Shown here: in pieces, positions 27,123 through 40,068 of the stretch
Position numbering within the stretch: position 1 is the stretch's first letter
Layout of the letters: every line of letters starts with the position of its first letter
Assembly (NCBI GenBank): GCA_000165425.1
Contig: CT867993.1
Coordinates: 1-64,000, forward strand
Direction: 5' to 3'
Source of the DNA: Paramecium tetraurelia
Lineage: Eukaryota
DNA: 64,000 nucleotides
Program-made: the position numbers and the translations under genes
Notes under the pieces: generated by a model
What the model was told of the DNA's origin: nothing
What the model saw: only the letters and a program-made list of their open reading frames with translations
Database searches by the model: none

Positions 27123-28584
27123 TTTTAATATATAAATTTTTACAAAACAAATTCAAATTATCATTAAAATTAATACAAGAAAGTTTAGTAATAGATCTAC
27201 TTCATTTGTTATACAAATATAAATTACAATCTAGATCTAAGTGAATACATCTGTTCATCTATTTTATCTTATCAAACTAAACTATTGAATTATCTGTAAT
27301 TAATTATGCATCCTTATGGCATTTACAAATTAATTTTATGTTGTTTTTCCAATTTAAAGTGTGATTGGAAAGATCAAATAAAAATCAGTTTTAAATTCTA
27401 TATTTAATAAATTTGGCAACCATCAAAGAATGCAATTGTAATACTGCATAATTAATTTTATTAATCCTTGAAACTAAATTAAAAATCCTTGAACAGATTC
27501 ATTACCTTAATTTGTTAACAAATCGTTTACTTTTACAATCTCAATTATTCATCAACTGTCATATCAGAGAATTCTAAAAATAGTTAATATTTATCAACAT
27601 TATTTTTTAAATGATTTATCTTTAAATCTCATTTAATGTAGCCTTAGTTAATTAGAATAAAATGAATTGTAAGTATGGAAATAAATTGATAGAAAGGATT
27701 AATCGAATTTGACATTCTACATAATTTTAATATTTTATTTACTATTGATGTTGTAACAGTTATAATTTTGAATGATTTGAATTTCAATCTCTGGATCAGT
27801 ATTTTGTCTTATTTTGCTTTATATATTTGTGTAAATACTTGAATGAGTAGTCAGATTAATATATAATAAATTATTTTATTATTGTCAATATGTACAACTA
27901 TTCTCTGACAAGGAAATAAATTTAACGATTAGAAGAAAAATATTACGTTTTGCTTCCAGATAATTCTAAACTCTAAAATTCAAAAGTATCGGATGTAATT
28001 GAAACTCAAACTAATGATCCATAATTAGATTAACAAACTAATTCAGATTATTGTAATGTTAAGAATTCCTTTAATGCATGTCAAAGCTTGTAAGAGATTG
28101 ATTAACACTAGTTTTTTGGAAAGATTCAAGTTCGCTATGATTGGCATAATAACTATATTTTTTTTAAGAGTTGTTATTGTTCTCAATAAATATGATAAAT
28201 CAAAGTTGGATATATTCTCTTTGGTTGCATTAATTAGTAGGTATTAATTATTTATTAATTTAGCTATTCCTTTTTGATCATATCAATTAAATCTTTATAA
28301 GTAAGAGAAGATAGATAAGAATAAGTAATTAAAATGCACAACATTACAAGTCTAATTGCATTGATTTTTATTATATTTTGTAATATTTGTACATTCCTAT
28401 CAACTAATTAGGACAGTTAAAAGTATTTGATTCGAAATATATTAGAATTTTAGTTTTATCATGTTTTCTAGCCACTGATGTCTTGATTCACAATTGGGCG
28501 TATTTAGAATAAAGATACAGCAAGAGATTAATAAAATTATTAATGAAAATTAAAGTACATCTATGAATTTATTATTTTTATTAA

Positions 28585-29532
28585 ATGAACAAGCTTCTGG
28601 CTCTCTCTTTAGGATCTATTAGTTTGATAGCAGGAAAGTTACAAATTATGGGAGGGATTAACTATTTTAGAAAACATCAAGAAGTACAAATTATTTTAAA
28701 TGAGATTGCTTTGCATGATAAAACTATATTAATAACTGGGGCTACAGATGGAATCGGTTGGGAAACAGCCAAAAAATTATCAAAAGCCAAAAGTATTATT
28801 GTTGCAGGAAGAAATATTGAAAGAATCAAATCCTAATTAAATAATTACACCAACATCTAATACATGTACTTAGATTTAAATGATTTGGATAAAGTTTAGT
28901 AATTCTGTGAGGAATTTAAAAAGAGTTATGGAAAATTAGATATCCTAATTAATAATGCAGGAGTTTTTAATTTAGATTAAAAATATACTAAATAAGGATT
29001 TGAATAGAATTTTGGTATTAATTATTTATCTCCTTTTTTGTTAACTTATAATTTACTTGGTCACATTCCAAATGAGTAAGAATCAAGAATAATCTTTGTT
29101 GCTTCACGTGCACACACAGACACTCCCCGTTAAGTTGATTTCAACTATTATCTGAATCAAGATCCTATTCCATATCCTTGGCATAAAACCTATGGCATTT
29201 CTAAATTAGCTAATATGTATGAAGCATCATCATTTGCAAATCATCTCAAAGGAACTAATATTAAAGTTTATTCATTACATCCTGGAGTAGTTCGAACAAA
29301 TATGCTTAATTAATTTTAGTTTTACTCCTTTTTAGCTCCATTTATATGGTATTTCACAAAAACTCCTGAATAAGGATCAGTCACTTCAAAATTTTTAGCA
29401 ACATCACCAAACAACAATCTAAAGAATGGATATTATTATAAAGATTGCTATCCTAAGTATCTAAAATCAGACGATAATGTATTGTTTAATAATACAATAA
29501 AGTTACTTTAAAAACTTGGGTATATTAAATGA
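28585..29532 (+). CDS. Short-chain dehydrogenase/reductase (retinol dehydrogenase-like)
   Basis: ITGATDGIG, LINNAG, FGINYLSPF, YGISK, SLHPGVVRT. Confidence 0.93.
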
Positions 29533-29556
29533 GTATATATAATTAAATTCATAAAA

Positions 29557-31187
29557 ATGGGAAACAAATAATCTAATGAAAAACAAATTTAAGAGTCATA
29601 AATATCCTAAAACTCAGCCAGAGAGAGCTAATTATCTAAATCTAATATAACTATCAATAAAGTATCGAAATAAGAATTACTTTCTTAAGAATTAATATAT
29701 CCATCCTCTGATGATTGCCCATCTAAAATAAATGTAACTTTAAATGGAATCACTTTTTGGAGTAATTATGATTCTGGGAATCTATATTATGTGGAATAAG
29801 TTGAAGCAGCCACATTTAATTTAAGCATATCAGAAGATTGTCAAGGAAGAATTCCTCCAGTATAATCCAATAAAGGCACCAGATAATGGTTTAATTTTAA
29901 AGTTGTCTCTGTTGCTGATTGTTAAGCAAACTTTGTTATTGTCAATATAGCAACCAGATTTAAAAAAATTTGGACAAACGATTCCGATATTTATGTGAAG
30001 ATTAACAAAATATGGAGTAGATATCCAGCAGTATATCAAGGATTTTAAGTGAAGTTTTCATTCGAATTTAAAGCTAATTAAATTGTTTAATTTGCTTATA
30101 TGCCACCTTGGTCTTACAAAAAGAATTAAAAGTTTTTTGACTTTTATTTTTCTTAATTACATCCTGATATCTATTTCAGAAGAGAGACTATTGCACATTC
30201 ATTAGAAGGAAGAAACATTGAATTAATTACTATCACTAAAGATGGGCCTCACGAGTAACAAGAGTATTATTGCCCAGAATATTTATTTCCAGATAAGTAA
30301 TTAAATGAAGGGTTAATAAAATTCAAGAAGTAATATATTTTAATTTCATGTCGTGTCCATGCAGGGGAAGTACCATCGTCATTTATTTTGAAAGGAATTC
30401 TTGAATCCTTACAAAATTATAATGAATCTGCTAAGTTTTTACTTGAAAACTATGTTTTTTTAATCATTCCAATGCTAAACCCAGATGGAGTTTATCGTGG
30501 TCATTATAGATTAGATTCACTGGGATATGATGAAAATAGAGTTTACAATAGAATTGTAAAATTTCCAAAATTTAATGGTCCTTTGGCAGTCTTGGAAACA
30601 TGTAAAAATTACAATGTAGCCTTCTATATTGATCTCCATGCGCACAGTGTACTTAGTAATAGCTTTGTTTATACAAATTGGCATCCTGATCCATCTATTC
30701 ATCAAGCTATACTAGTAAAATATTTAATTATTAGTAGGAATTCCCTAAACAATTGAAATCAAAAGTAGTTCATTTTCGTATAAAGGAAGCTATGTCAACC
30801 TAAATAAATTATGAAAAAAATTAGTATGAAATTGAAGGAATTTACACTGAGAAAGCAGAAAATTTTTAAAAAGCACCAGACCTCAAAATTCACTTCACAA
30901 AGGAGAATCTAGTACCTTAAAGTATGAATGATGATTGTCCATATTCCATAAATCCATATTTGACAGGAGTTGCAAAATCTGATGTTTATCTTACAACACA
31001 AGTGATGTTTAGTTATACTCTAGAAGTTAACTACCGGTTTTATACAAAAAACAAATAAGTATTTAAATATGAGATTAATGACTTTGTTAACTTAGGAAGA
31101 GATATTATAGAATCACTTTATTAAGTTCATCAAAATTAAGATTTTATCTAAATAAAATCACAACTAGAATCAAATATATTTAACTGA
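29557..31187 (+). CDS. Cytosolic carboxypeptidase (M14, AGBL/CCP family, tubulin deglutamylase type)
   Basis: FWSNYDSGNL, WFNFKV, RVHAGE, PMLNPDGVYRGHYR, YIDLHAHS, SYTLEVNY. Confidence 0.92.
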
Positions 31188-31225
31188 CAGAACTTTTTTA
31201 ATTAAATATAAATAAAATTTAATTA

Positions 31226-32298
31226 ATGAAAAGAATCCTAATCTGTTTGCTTTTCATATCTTTGATATCAGCCAGAGCTGTAAATCACCTTACAGATGCA
31301 CCTAAAGCAGCCGATCCAAAAGCAGCTGATCCAAAGGCAGCTGATCCTAAAGCAGCCCCACCTAAAACAGAAGCACCTAAAGCCGCCGACCCCAAAGCAG
31401 CCGATCCAAAGGCAGCTGATCCAAAGGCAGCTGATCCAAAAGCAGCTGATCCAAAAGCAGCCACACCTAAAACAGATGCACCTAAACCAGCCGATCCCAA
31501 AGCAGCCGATCCTAAAGCAGCTGAACCTAAAAAGGATGAAGGAAAGAAAGAAGAACCCAAAAAGGATGAAGGAAAGAAAGAAGAACCCAAAAAGGATGAG
31601 GGAAAGAAGGAAGAGCCAAAAAAAGATGAAGGAAAAAAAGAAGAACCTAAAAAAGATGAAGGAAAGAAGGAAGAGCCCAAAAAGGATGAGGGAAAGAAAG
31701 AAGAACCTAAAAAGGATGAAGGAAAGAAAGAGGAACCCAAAAAGGATGAAGGAAAGAAAGAAGAGAAGAAGGATGAAAAGAAAGATGAGAAGAAAGACGA
31801 GAAGAAGGATGAAAAGAAAGACGAAAAGAAGGATGAGAAGAAGGATGAAAAGAAAGATGAGAAGAAAGATGAGAAGAAAGATGAGAAGAAAGATGAAAAG
31901 AAAGACGAGAAGAAAGATGAAAAGAAAGATGAAAAGAAAGACGAAAAGAAAGATGAAAAGAAAGACGAAAAGAAAGACGAAAAGAAAGATGAGAAGAAAG
32001 ACGAAAAGAAAGATGAGAAGAAAGACGAGAAAAAAGATGAAAAGAAAAAGGAGGAGCCAAAATAAAGCCCAGAAGAAAAGAAGTTCAGATCATGCATTGA
32101 AGATAAATGTGGTTCATAAGCTAAAGCTTGTGATAAGGATTGCAACTCAAAATTAGAATAATGCAAGAATGTAGTTTATGTTGCTGGATATCAAGCTGTA
32201 AGACTATATATTTATATTTATAGTATTTGGATTGCATTAATGAGAGTAAGCCTGCAGTTGCCCTACTTGATTGTGTTTAATCTAAATGCTTAGAGTGA
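31226..32298 (+). CDS. Secreted protein with K/A/D/P and K/D/E tandem repeats and an 8-Cys C-terminal domain
   Basis: Signal MKRILICLLFISLISA; frame continues past TAA 32063 (Gln); one 25-nt intron; ends DCVQSKCLE* at TGA 32296. Confidence 0.85.
31304..32041 (+). repeat. Coding tandem repeats: 15 x 15 bp (KAADP-like), about 8 x 30 bp (KKDEGKKEEP), 23 x 12 bp (KKDE)
   Basis: Counted from the translation; in the 30- and 12-bp blocks the units differ essentially only at synonymous positions. Confidence 0.95.
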
Positions 32299-32541
32299 AA
32301 ATAATTCTACATTTAAAAATATTCATATATAAATATATTTAAGAAATAAATTGCTCATTGCTAAAGTTTGTCAACTTTCTAATTATTAAACAAACTTTAA
32401 TTATGAAAACTCTTGAAAAAGATCCATATTAAAAATACACATATATTTCCAATGTATTCTCATTAATAAATCGCATTTATAAAAAGTGGATCAACTTCTT
32501 AGTATATTTATATTGATTATTTAATTATTATTTTAGAAAAA

Positions 32542-34034
32542 ATGTCTAATAACACAGAGGAAGAATTGCTAAGTTAAATGTAGTAAATCATTGAAAATGG
32601 AATATTAAAAAATATTGAAAATGTATAGCTGAAAAATAAAGTTCTTCAAAGTCTTTAGTTGAAGAGAGTTTCAAAGTTAACTTTAATTGGTATTGATATA
32701 AGTATAGAATTAAATTATATTAAGTCCTTGACTTAAAGTTTCGAGGTGGATCAACCCAACTGAAAGATAAATACTCAAAAACATATGTTAAGCTGTTTGC
32801 TTAATTACCTTAACCAAAAGATGAGATTATCAATTTCATTCTTTTCTTAATAACATATAATATTCATTGGTATTTATGGAAAGACCCAGAATACAAAGAA
32901 CAAGTGAACATTAGGTAGTTTTTTCAAAATAATTGAAGATTTGTATACGATTGTTATCATATAATGATATTTTACTCTAATGGATTATATGTATCAGATG
33001 CATATATAAGAGGATAAATAGATAAAATCTTTACGTCTAAGTTTTTAGAGTATAAGAGAATTTAAGATTAGATTATAATGTAAAAGAAATTGGAATAAAA
33101 GAGAAAAGCTTAAGAGAAAACTTTTTTAGGAAGGAAACTTATGTTCCCTAATCTTTCAGGGGATGGATTAACATTTGCTAAACATTTAAGTGAAAAATTG
33201 AAACCCCAAAAAATAGTGAGAAAGGATTCTACAAAAATTGAATAGTTTGAAGATCAGAATGTATAAGTATCGGCTTAAACTAAATATTTACTATCTCATC
33301 TTTAACTAAACGTTAATTAAGTTTCTCCTTCAGTAAAATTAGTTTTACATATGAATAAACCACAAGTTCCATTTTCAAGACCCAAAATGCTTTAGCATAA
33401 TTTCGAAAAGTCAGACGAAAAACTCAAATTTGTTGGTTTGCTTAATAATCAGCCTTAAGTGTAGAAAAAATAAGATATAAAATATACTCAGAATATTTTA
33501 GATAAATTTAATTTGAGAGCTCCTCCAAAAGAATATTATTAAAAATTTGCAAAAGTAGACCCCTTATTTAAGGAAATGCTTGAATTAAATTATGTTCTTA
33601 ACAACCATTAAGAGAGTCTTCATGATCTCTATTAATTCAAGGAGTTGGGACAATATGAAGTTTAGATGCCATTATCTGAAGAGTCCCCCTAAGAGTAGAA
33701 CATTCAACATAAGTCACAATTTGATAGTCCTGAAGATGGAACCAATACATAGCCAGTTTAATAAGATTAACCTCAAATTACTTTGCCTTAAGTTTAAACA
33801 GAATAGAATTTAAAGATTACAGATTCAATAAATATGCTTGGTTAGCGATAGTAATAGTAACAGAAATAAGATGTTCCACTTTATTAGTCAAAATAAAAAG
33901 AATACAAACAAAAATATGATAGATTTATTTAATCTGAAAGCACAGATAATAAAATTAATAGTATATATGTTGATCTCCAGAAGAAGTAACATGTATTAAT
34001 GAATCATCACCATAAGAGTTCAAGAAGAAAATGA
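32542..34034 (+). CDS. Hypothetical protein
   Basis: MSNNTEEELLSQMQQII start, short introns, long open Q-rich 3' exon, TGA 34032. Confidence 0.6.
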
Positions 34035-34257
34035 TAGTATTTATAAAAAATGTTGAGTCATATGCTGATTTCTAAAAATTCAACTAAATATTTTTCCTAC
34101 TTTAACAATTTTGTACATAAAGGTTATATAAAAATTCTCATCACTTGTGGAATTTCGAGTTCAAGTCTTCGAGTTGATGTACTTTTTTATTTAAAGTATT
34201 TTGTTATAATAATTGCTTGACAAAGTTTTTATATTTCATTACTAATACACTCCTAAA

Positions 34258-35706
34258 ATGATATCAGAAAATAGAATATCTAATAACTTAATTTAAAGTT
34301 ATCTGTTAATGGACCAAGTATTGACATCTCAACTCAATAATATCTTATATAGGCCTAATTCTCTAACAGGAAGCAACATCTTAATCTGAAAATATTGGAT
34401 TCTATTTTTTTCATATTTAGTTAAATATAAGTTTAACTTCAAGTAATTTCGGTGATTGATTTACTTCATAGCAAGATTATTGATTTCTTCTTTGAACTCA
34501 AATCTTTTATTTTTAAAGTAATCTCTAGCATCTTAAAAAATGAATTAGCATTTTTATTGTAAAAATACAATGGCTGAGGGCCATTTGTTGTCTAGTTAGT
34601 GTGGATATAATATATATTAACGCTTATGATTTAGTCTCTAATTTGCGAACATCATTGATTTGAAATCTGAAGATCGGATATCCGGATCTTATGGGATGGT
34701 TTAGGAATTCAAGAGGAGAGGGACAATTTGTTCAAATTCATGAGTCTTGTTATTCATATTTTCATTAATTATTAAGACATTTTTAGAGCTAAGAATAAAC
34801 AATTACATTAAAATTCCCACATACATCGTCAGTAGCTGGGTGGAGCGACAAGAACTAGAGGAGGACAGATTGACCACAGAACTGAAGGAGATATTGGTAA
34901 TCAAAATCAATTTTAGAGCTCAACAGAGGGAAATCTATTAAGTTAATTATTAAATGTCCTATCACATAGACAACAATCTGTTTCAGAAACTTTTATTAAT
35001 AAATATGTACAATATCCATATTCTAATTTATGGGTTCTTAATTATTTAATATAATGAATATTAATCAAACTTAATTTAGTTTTGAGAATGAAAAGCTGAA
35101 AATAAAAATCAAGTACCTAGAGGATTTTATTGAAAATTCTAATAATTATGAAAAAACTAATTAGCTCTTTGATCTCAAACAATTTCTATCCAAAAATTAT
35201 AAAAGATTCAGCATGTTATTAGATGAGATCTACTATTTGAAATAGTAAGTTGAAGGAGAGCAGATGCAAAGGATTAGTGAGGCTTAGAAACTGTAAGCAG
35301 AAATCAATTCACTCAGAATGACAACTGGCTCACTTTAACAATAATTGACTTAATCTTAACTTTAACTATAATAATAATAACAATAACAAATTGAAGAAAG
35401 TGAACCTGATATTTATAGAGGATCTTTGAATCCAATTTAAAGATTAGAACAAATAGAAAACCTTGAAAATACTATCAAATAATTATCAGATGAAGTATCA
35501 AATTATTTTTAAATAGATAGAAGAAATTACTCAACTCAATATCAAATAAAGAGAGTAGTTAAAAAAGAAAGACTTTTTTAGAGAATATGAATTGATGTGC
35601 AAAGAAACAGAAGGATTACGCTAACAAAATGCAAAATTGTTAGAATAATTAAAATCTGGCAATTCTAACAGAACGAATACTAATCCATAAAACCAAGGAA
35701 ATATGA
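34258..35706 (+). CDS. Hypothetical coiled-coil protein (boundaries uncertain)
   Basis: Heptad-rich code-6 frames 35050-35700 with short GT..AG introns; start not resolved. Confidence 0.4.
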
Positions 35707-35764
35707 ATGGATTTTGAGTAACATTTTTCTATATATATTATTAAAAGTAATAAACAAAAAAGCA

Positions 35765-37082
35765 TCATTTATATGTTCTAGGTGCTTAGTAATAATCTTA
35801 TCGAGGTTTATATTCCAAAGCTGTTGGTTAGGCTTCTAAAGGCTTTCTTTGCTATTATTATAAGCTGTCAAAATATGCCTTCTATTATTCTATTTCTTCC
35901 CTTGTCAAACCCAAAGCTAGGTAATCTATGTCGTTATCAACAGCTTTAGGTAATTGTCTAAATCATCATAATTTTATATACTAAACTATGGATTCTGGTT
36001 ATTAAATATATTATCTTTGTAAATTTTGAACTGAGAACTTTTTATCAATAACTCGATTATCTAATTTCTTATTCCCATAGTATTTATTTTCTTGTTATTT
36101 ATTCAAATAGGAATTAGGATAGTTTTATCGTTATTCATTCAGTTTTTTCTCTGGAACTCTCTCCTAGTATGGCAATTAATTAGTATATTTGCCATTTAAT
36201 TTTTATTATTATGAATAACCATTTTTTATATCTTAATTGTCTGAACCTTATCTTTGATAAGATTTGTTGGTTTAAGAGGATAATCTTTTGGTTTACTTCT
36301 GTGTTCTGCTGCAACTTGTTATTACTATTAATTAAAATTGTAATTTTATTATTGGATCTTGTGATTTTGAAAAATAATTATCTACTTTAGTTTCAATATA
36401 TTTATTATGTAGATTATCGAATTTATTATTATTATTATTATTAGTAATTATAAGGGATGGGTGGCTTTTCATAACCAAAATCTCATGCTTTGCTTATAAC
36501 TATTATTAAGGTCTGTTAACTTATTCAGCTTCAGCCTGATACTTTTATTTATAATCAAAATTTTTGTAATCAGGCTTGAATGGTTGAACATTTTATTTAG
36601 GTTATTACGAAATTTATGGATTTTCATCTGTTTTTTTGATATGGTATTTTTATAAAGCAATTTCTTTGAAGTTGGTGGTACACGCGTAGCCATATGCTTA
36701 GTTAGCTCTCTTATCATTATATATTGTTTGCAAATATCACACTTTTCTGTTCTACTACCACAAATGTTTTCATGTTAAAATATTAATTCTCTTGCTTAAT
36801 CCAATCCACAGTGTATGCATGAGATTGGTTTTTTCGGACATTAAGTGTGTTTTAAAATATCTATGTTAATGTATTATAGTACCTTAGAATATTTCTTTAC
36901 AAAATCACAAGAAGTGCCGTTATGAAATCTTCTTCATGAGATTAAGGATCATTTTATCAAAAAAATTATCCGCATCTCTTACATTCTATATTATTTCTAA
37001 TGCAATAAATTTCATGAAATGCAAATATTGTATCTGCTACTAGGGCTCTGCAGTTTGAACACTATTATGTCTGTTGGGGCAT
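35765..37082 (-). CDS. TRAFD1/XAF1-like zinc-finger protein (frame broken by homopolymer indels near the 5' end)
   Basis: CSNCR..HEIYCIRNNIECKRCGQ, CPKKPISCIHCG, HENICGSRTEKCDICKQYI; Q-rich middle region. Confidence 0.75.
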
Positions 37083-37121
37083 TATTTTTTAATTAAATAA
37101 TTGTTGGTTGAAATATTTATT

Positions 37122-37715
37122 ATGAGAATAGGTCCAATAAAGATAAAACTTAAACCATTACTTGTTTATACCCCAATTATATTTGCTCCATTGGCTCTTT
37201 TTAATTGGTATGAATATAGAAAATTGAACCTTGAGTTTAAGCACAAGGAAGATGAAATAGTTCTCCAAGCTCAATTAAAAGCAAATAAAATATCTGATAA
37301 ATCATTTCCAACTGTGTATTTTGATCCTTATAATCAATTTTTTATGGAGATGGAGGATTTATAGGGCCAAATAAAAATATTTGTATTTTCTGATTAATCA
37401 ACATATAAAAGGTATATTTTATTTAATTTTAGGATGCATTCGACTTTGTAAAGCCATCTTAGTAGATTTCAAGCAAATTACTTCAACATTGTTGCCCAGA
37501 AACAATTTGATTCTAACTTAGGAGTAGGCAATTAAAAATCAACTCAAATACTTACAATTGAAAACCAGATTGAAAATTAAGTGATAGTTACATATAACAA
37601 TGAGATTATATTTTCTGATAAGTTATTGGAGAGAAATGATAAATAAGTGTAAGTAATTGAAAGATAGATTTCAAAGATGATTGAAAAGGAATTTTTGAGT
37701 AAAATAAAATTTTGA
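37122..37715 (+). CDS. Hypothetical protein with N-terminal TM segment
   Basis: MRIGPIKIKLKPLLVYTPIIFAPLALFNWYEY; one intron; TGA 37713. Confidence 0.6.
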
Positions 37716-38061
37716 GTAATATTATAAATATATAATTACTCCTCTTATTAATCAATTTTGAGAATAGATTAAACATCAATATAGCGTGCCAATTTCAATT
37801 AAAAGATAAAACTCCTTATTTGTATTCAATTGCTACTTTATAGGAATGTTACTTGAATAAGAGAAAACCTTTGTCTTTTTTTAATTTGAAAATCAAAGAT
37901 CGACTTTAAGAGCATAATAAAATTGGCCTAGAGAATTAATTATATATATAATGCTTGGCAATTGTAAACTTCAATAATTGAATTTGGCTAAATTTGTTGA
38001 AATTAGTAGCAATAGTAGTAGAATATGAAATTATTGATTTAATAAGTATTATAAATAAAAT

Positions 38062-39580
38062 ATGGATTTATAAAATTAGAGAAGAAAGAGCAAATTTTCA
38101 TTTTCTCGAGCTCCTGTTTGTGATAACCCATAGTCAAATACATTGCAATAATTAAAGAATAAGTTCAAAGGTAAGAGTTTGATGTAGAATAGAACAGGCT
38201 AGATGTTACAATTAATAAATAAGAATGATAATGGAAATAATAAAGAATAGGAAATATAATAATTTTTAAGTCGAATAAGCGTTGAATTAGATGGGGATGA
38301 TTATAAATATATAAAATTTGAGCTGAGTGAATTTTAAGAGAAGTATGTGGAAGGGGAAGTTTTGGGAGAAGGATGTATAGGATTAGTAAAGAGCATAACA
38401 AGAAAGAATGATGGACAAGAATTTGCATGTAAGACAGTTAAAACTGATGCTGAGGAAATAGTGAAGAATGTAGATAATAATCATATATGAGTTAGATGAT
38501 ATTGGAATTCAAGAATCTAAAAAAGTTGAGTCATCCTCACATTGTAAAAATGGAGGAATTATATATTCAATGGAATGAAGGATTCCAATCAACTGGGACT
38601 GTTTATGTAGTAATGGAGAAGGTAAAAGGTAGTGAGATGTTTGAAGTGATTTAAAAATAAAAGAATTACAGTGGTATTTAAATAAATAAGAGTAGAGTGC
38701 ATTGCCAGAATCTTATTTAAATAAGTATTGGAAGCAATTGATTACATGCATGAAAACTATTGTTGTCACAGAGATTTGAAACCTAATAATATTTTATGTG
38801 CAGAAGATGGTAGATCTATCAAGATTACTGATTTCAATGTAAATTATGCTTCCTAACTAATTAAGGTGTCTAAGTTTACGGATGGATACAAGGAATTTGG
38901 GAATCTGAATGAACATGGAAAAATAGAGATGTGGACATATACAGGGACGGTTGCCTTTTCAGCACCAGAGATATTCTCGGGAGGGTTGTACAAGTAACAA
39001 CCTTCATTTATTTAGTGAATAAGTGGATTTATGGAGTGCAGGAGTGATCTTATATGTAATGTTAAGTGGAGAATTACCATTTAATTCTCAATATTTAAAT
39101 GATTTGATCGACAAGATTTAATAATGCAAATACGAAATGGTCGGTCCCATTTGGGATTAGATATCTTATTAAGCTAAAGATTTGATAAGCAACTTATTAC
39201 AATTTGATCCTTAAAGAAGACTAACTCCATAATAGGCTTTGGATCACCCTTGGGTTAAGAATGTACAGAACTAATCAGATTTGCCGAGGGATAGATTGAA
39301 AAAGAATATGGCTCGATTTTTGAATTGGAAACCTCAAGAAACTTAGGTGAGTGAAAAGAAAATTAAATAACTTTGCTTCCTTTTTGGAGCAGGGGAAATT
39401 TGGAAAAGACATTCGGTTAAACATTCATCAGTCTCTACTCTTTCAGAAGAATTTAAGAAGTTCAAATCAATTGATATAAGTTCATTCAAAACAAACGAAC
39501 ATATACAAGTGGTTAAGGATTAAAATTCAAATCATGTATATCATATTGATTACCCCTTTAGTGATGATGAATCTGATTGA
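38062..39580 (+). CDS. CAMK-group Ser/Thr protein kinase
   Basis: [64 protein letters not shown]. Confidence 0.93.
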
Positions 39581-39627
39581 TATATTTAAATACATATATG
39601 TATATTTGATATTATATAACAACTCAT

Positions 39628-39940
39628 TCAATCAAACTCATCTTTCTTTTTAATTAATTGATCCTTCTCGTACATAATGTAAATCCAAGATTTCCTCTTG
39701 CCTCCCTTTACAGAATCAACTATGTATGGTTGGATCTAGGTGGGCTCACCATTATGAGCCCAAAATTCATCTTCCATATCTTCCTTTAATTCTTAAAATG
39801 ATTTCTATTATGCTTTTTCAAAATACATCATCAAAAAGCAAATAATCACACAATTTCAATCCAGCCATAAAGCCTACAAACGATAAAACATGATTTTTGA
39901 TTAGGGTTTCGTTCTAGAATTTGCGAATAATTGAAGTCAT
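39628..39940 (-). CDS. Small single-pass membrane protein (about 96 aa)
   Basis: MTSIIRKFQNE..VLSFVGFMAGLKLCDYLLF, 22-nt intron, EDEFWAHNGEP..KSWIYIMYEKD..FD*. Confidence 0.7.
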
Positions 39941-40068
39941 AAATAATTTATTATATAAATATATATATAAATTATTTATAGATGTGTGCTTGTATCAAAA
40001 TATTATTATGAGCACACTTCCAAAGAATGTATTTATAATTTGTATTCGTTTTTAATAATAATAATAAA

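Noticed and set aside
27630..28560. Possible multi-pass membrane protein
   Set aside because: Hydrophobic frames exist but could not be joined into a consistent model; AT-rich DNA yields such frames by chance
31304..32041. Possible CRISPR or satellite array
   Set aside because: No unique spacers; unit lengths are multiples of 3 and the array is coding
31285..32166. Long FFSS-repeat minus-strand ORF and the alternative-frame ORFs 31296-32156 and 31707-32060
   Set aside because: Shadows of the KKDE repeat; third-position variation and the signal peptide identify the 31226 frame as the real one
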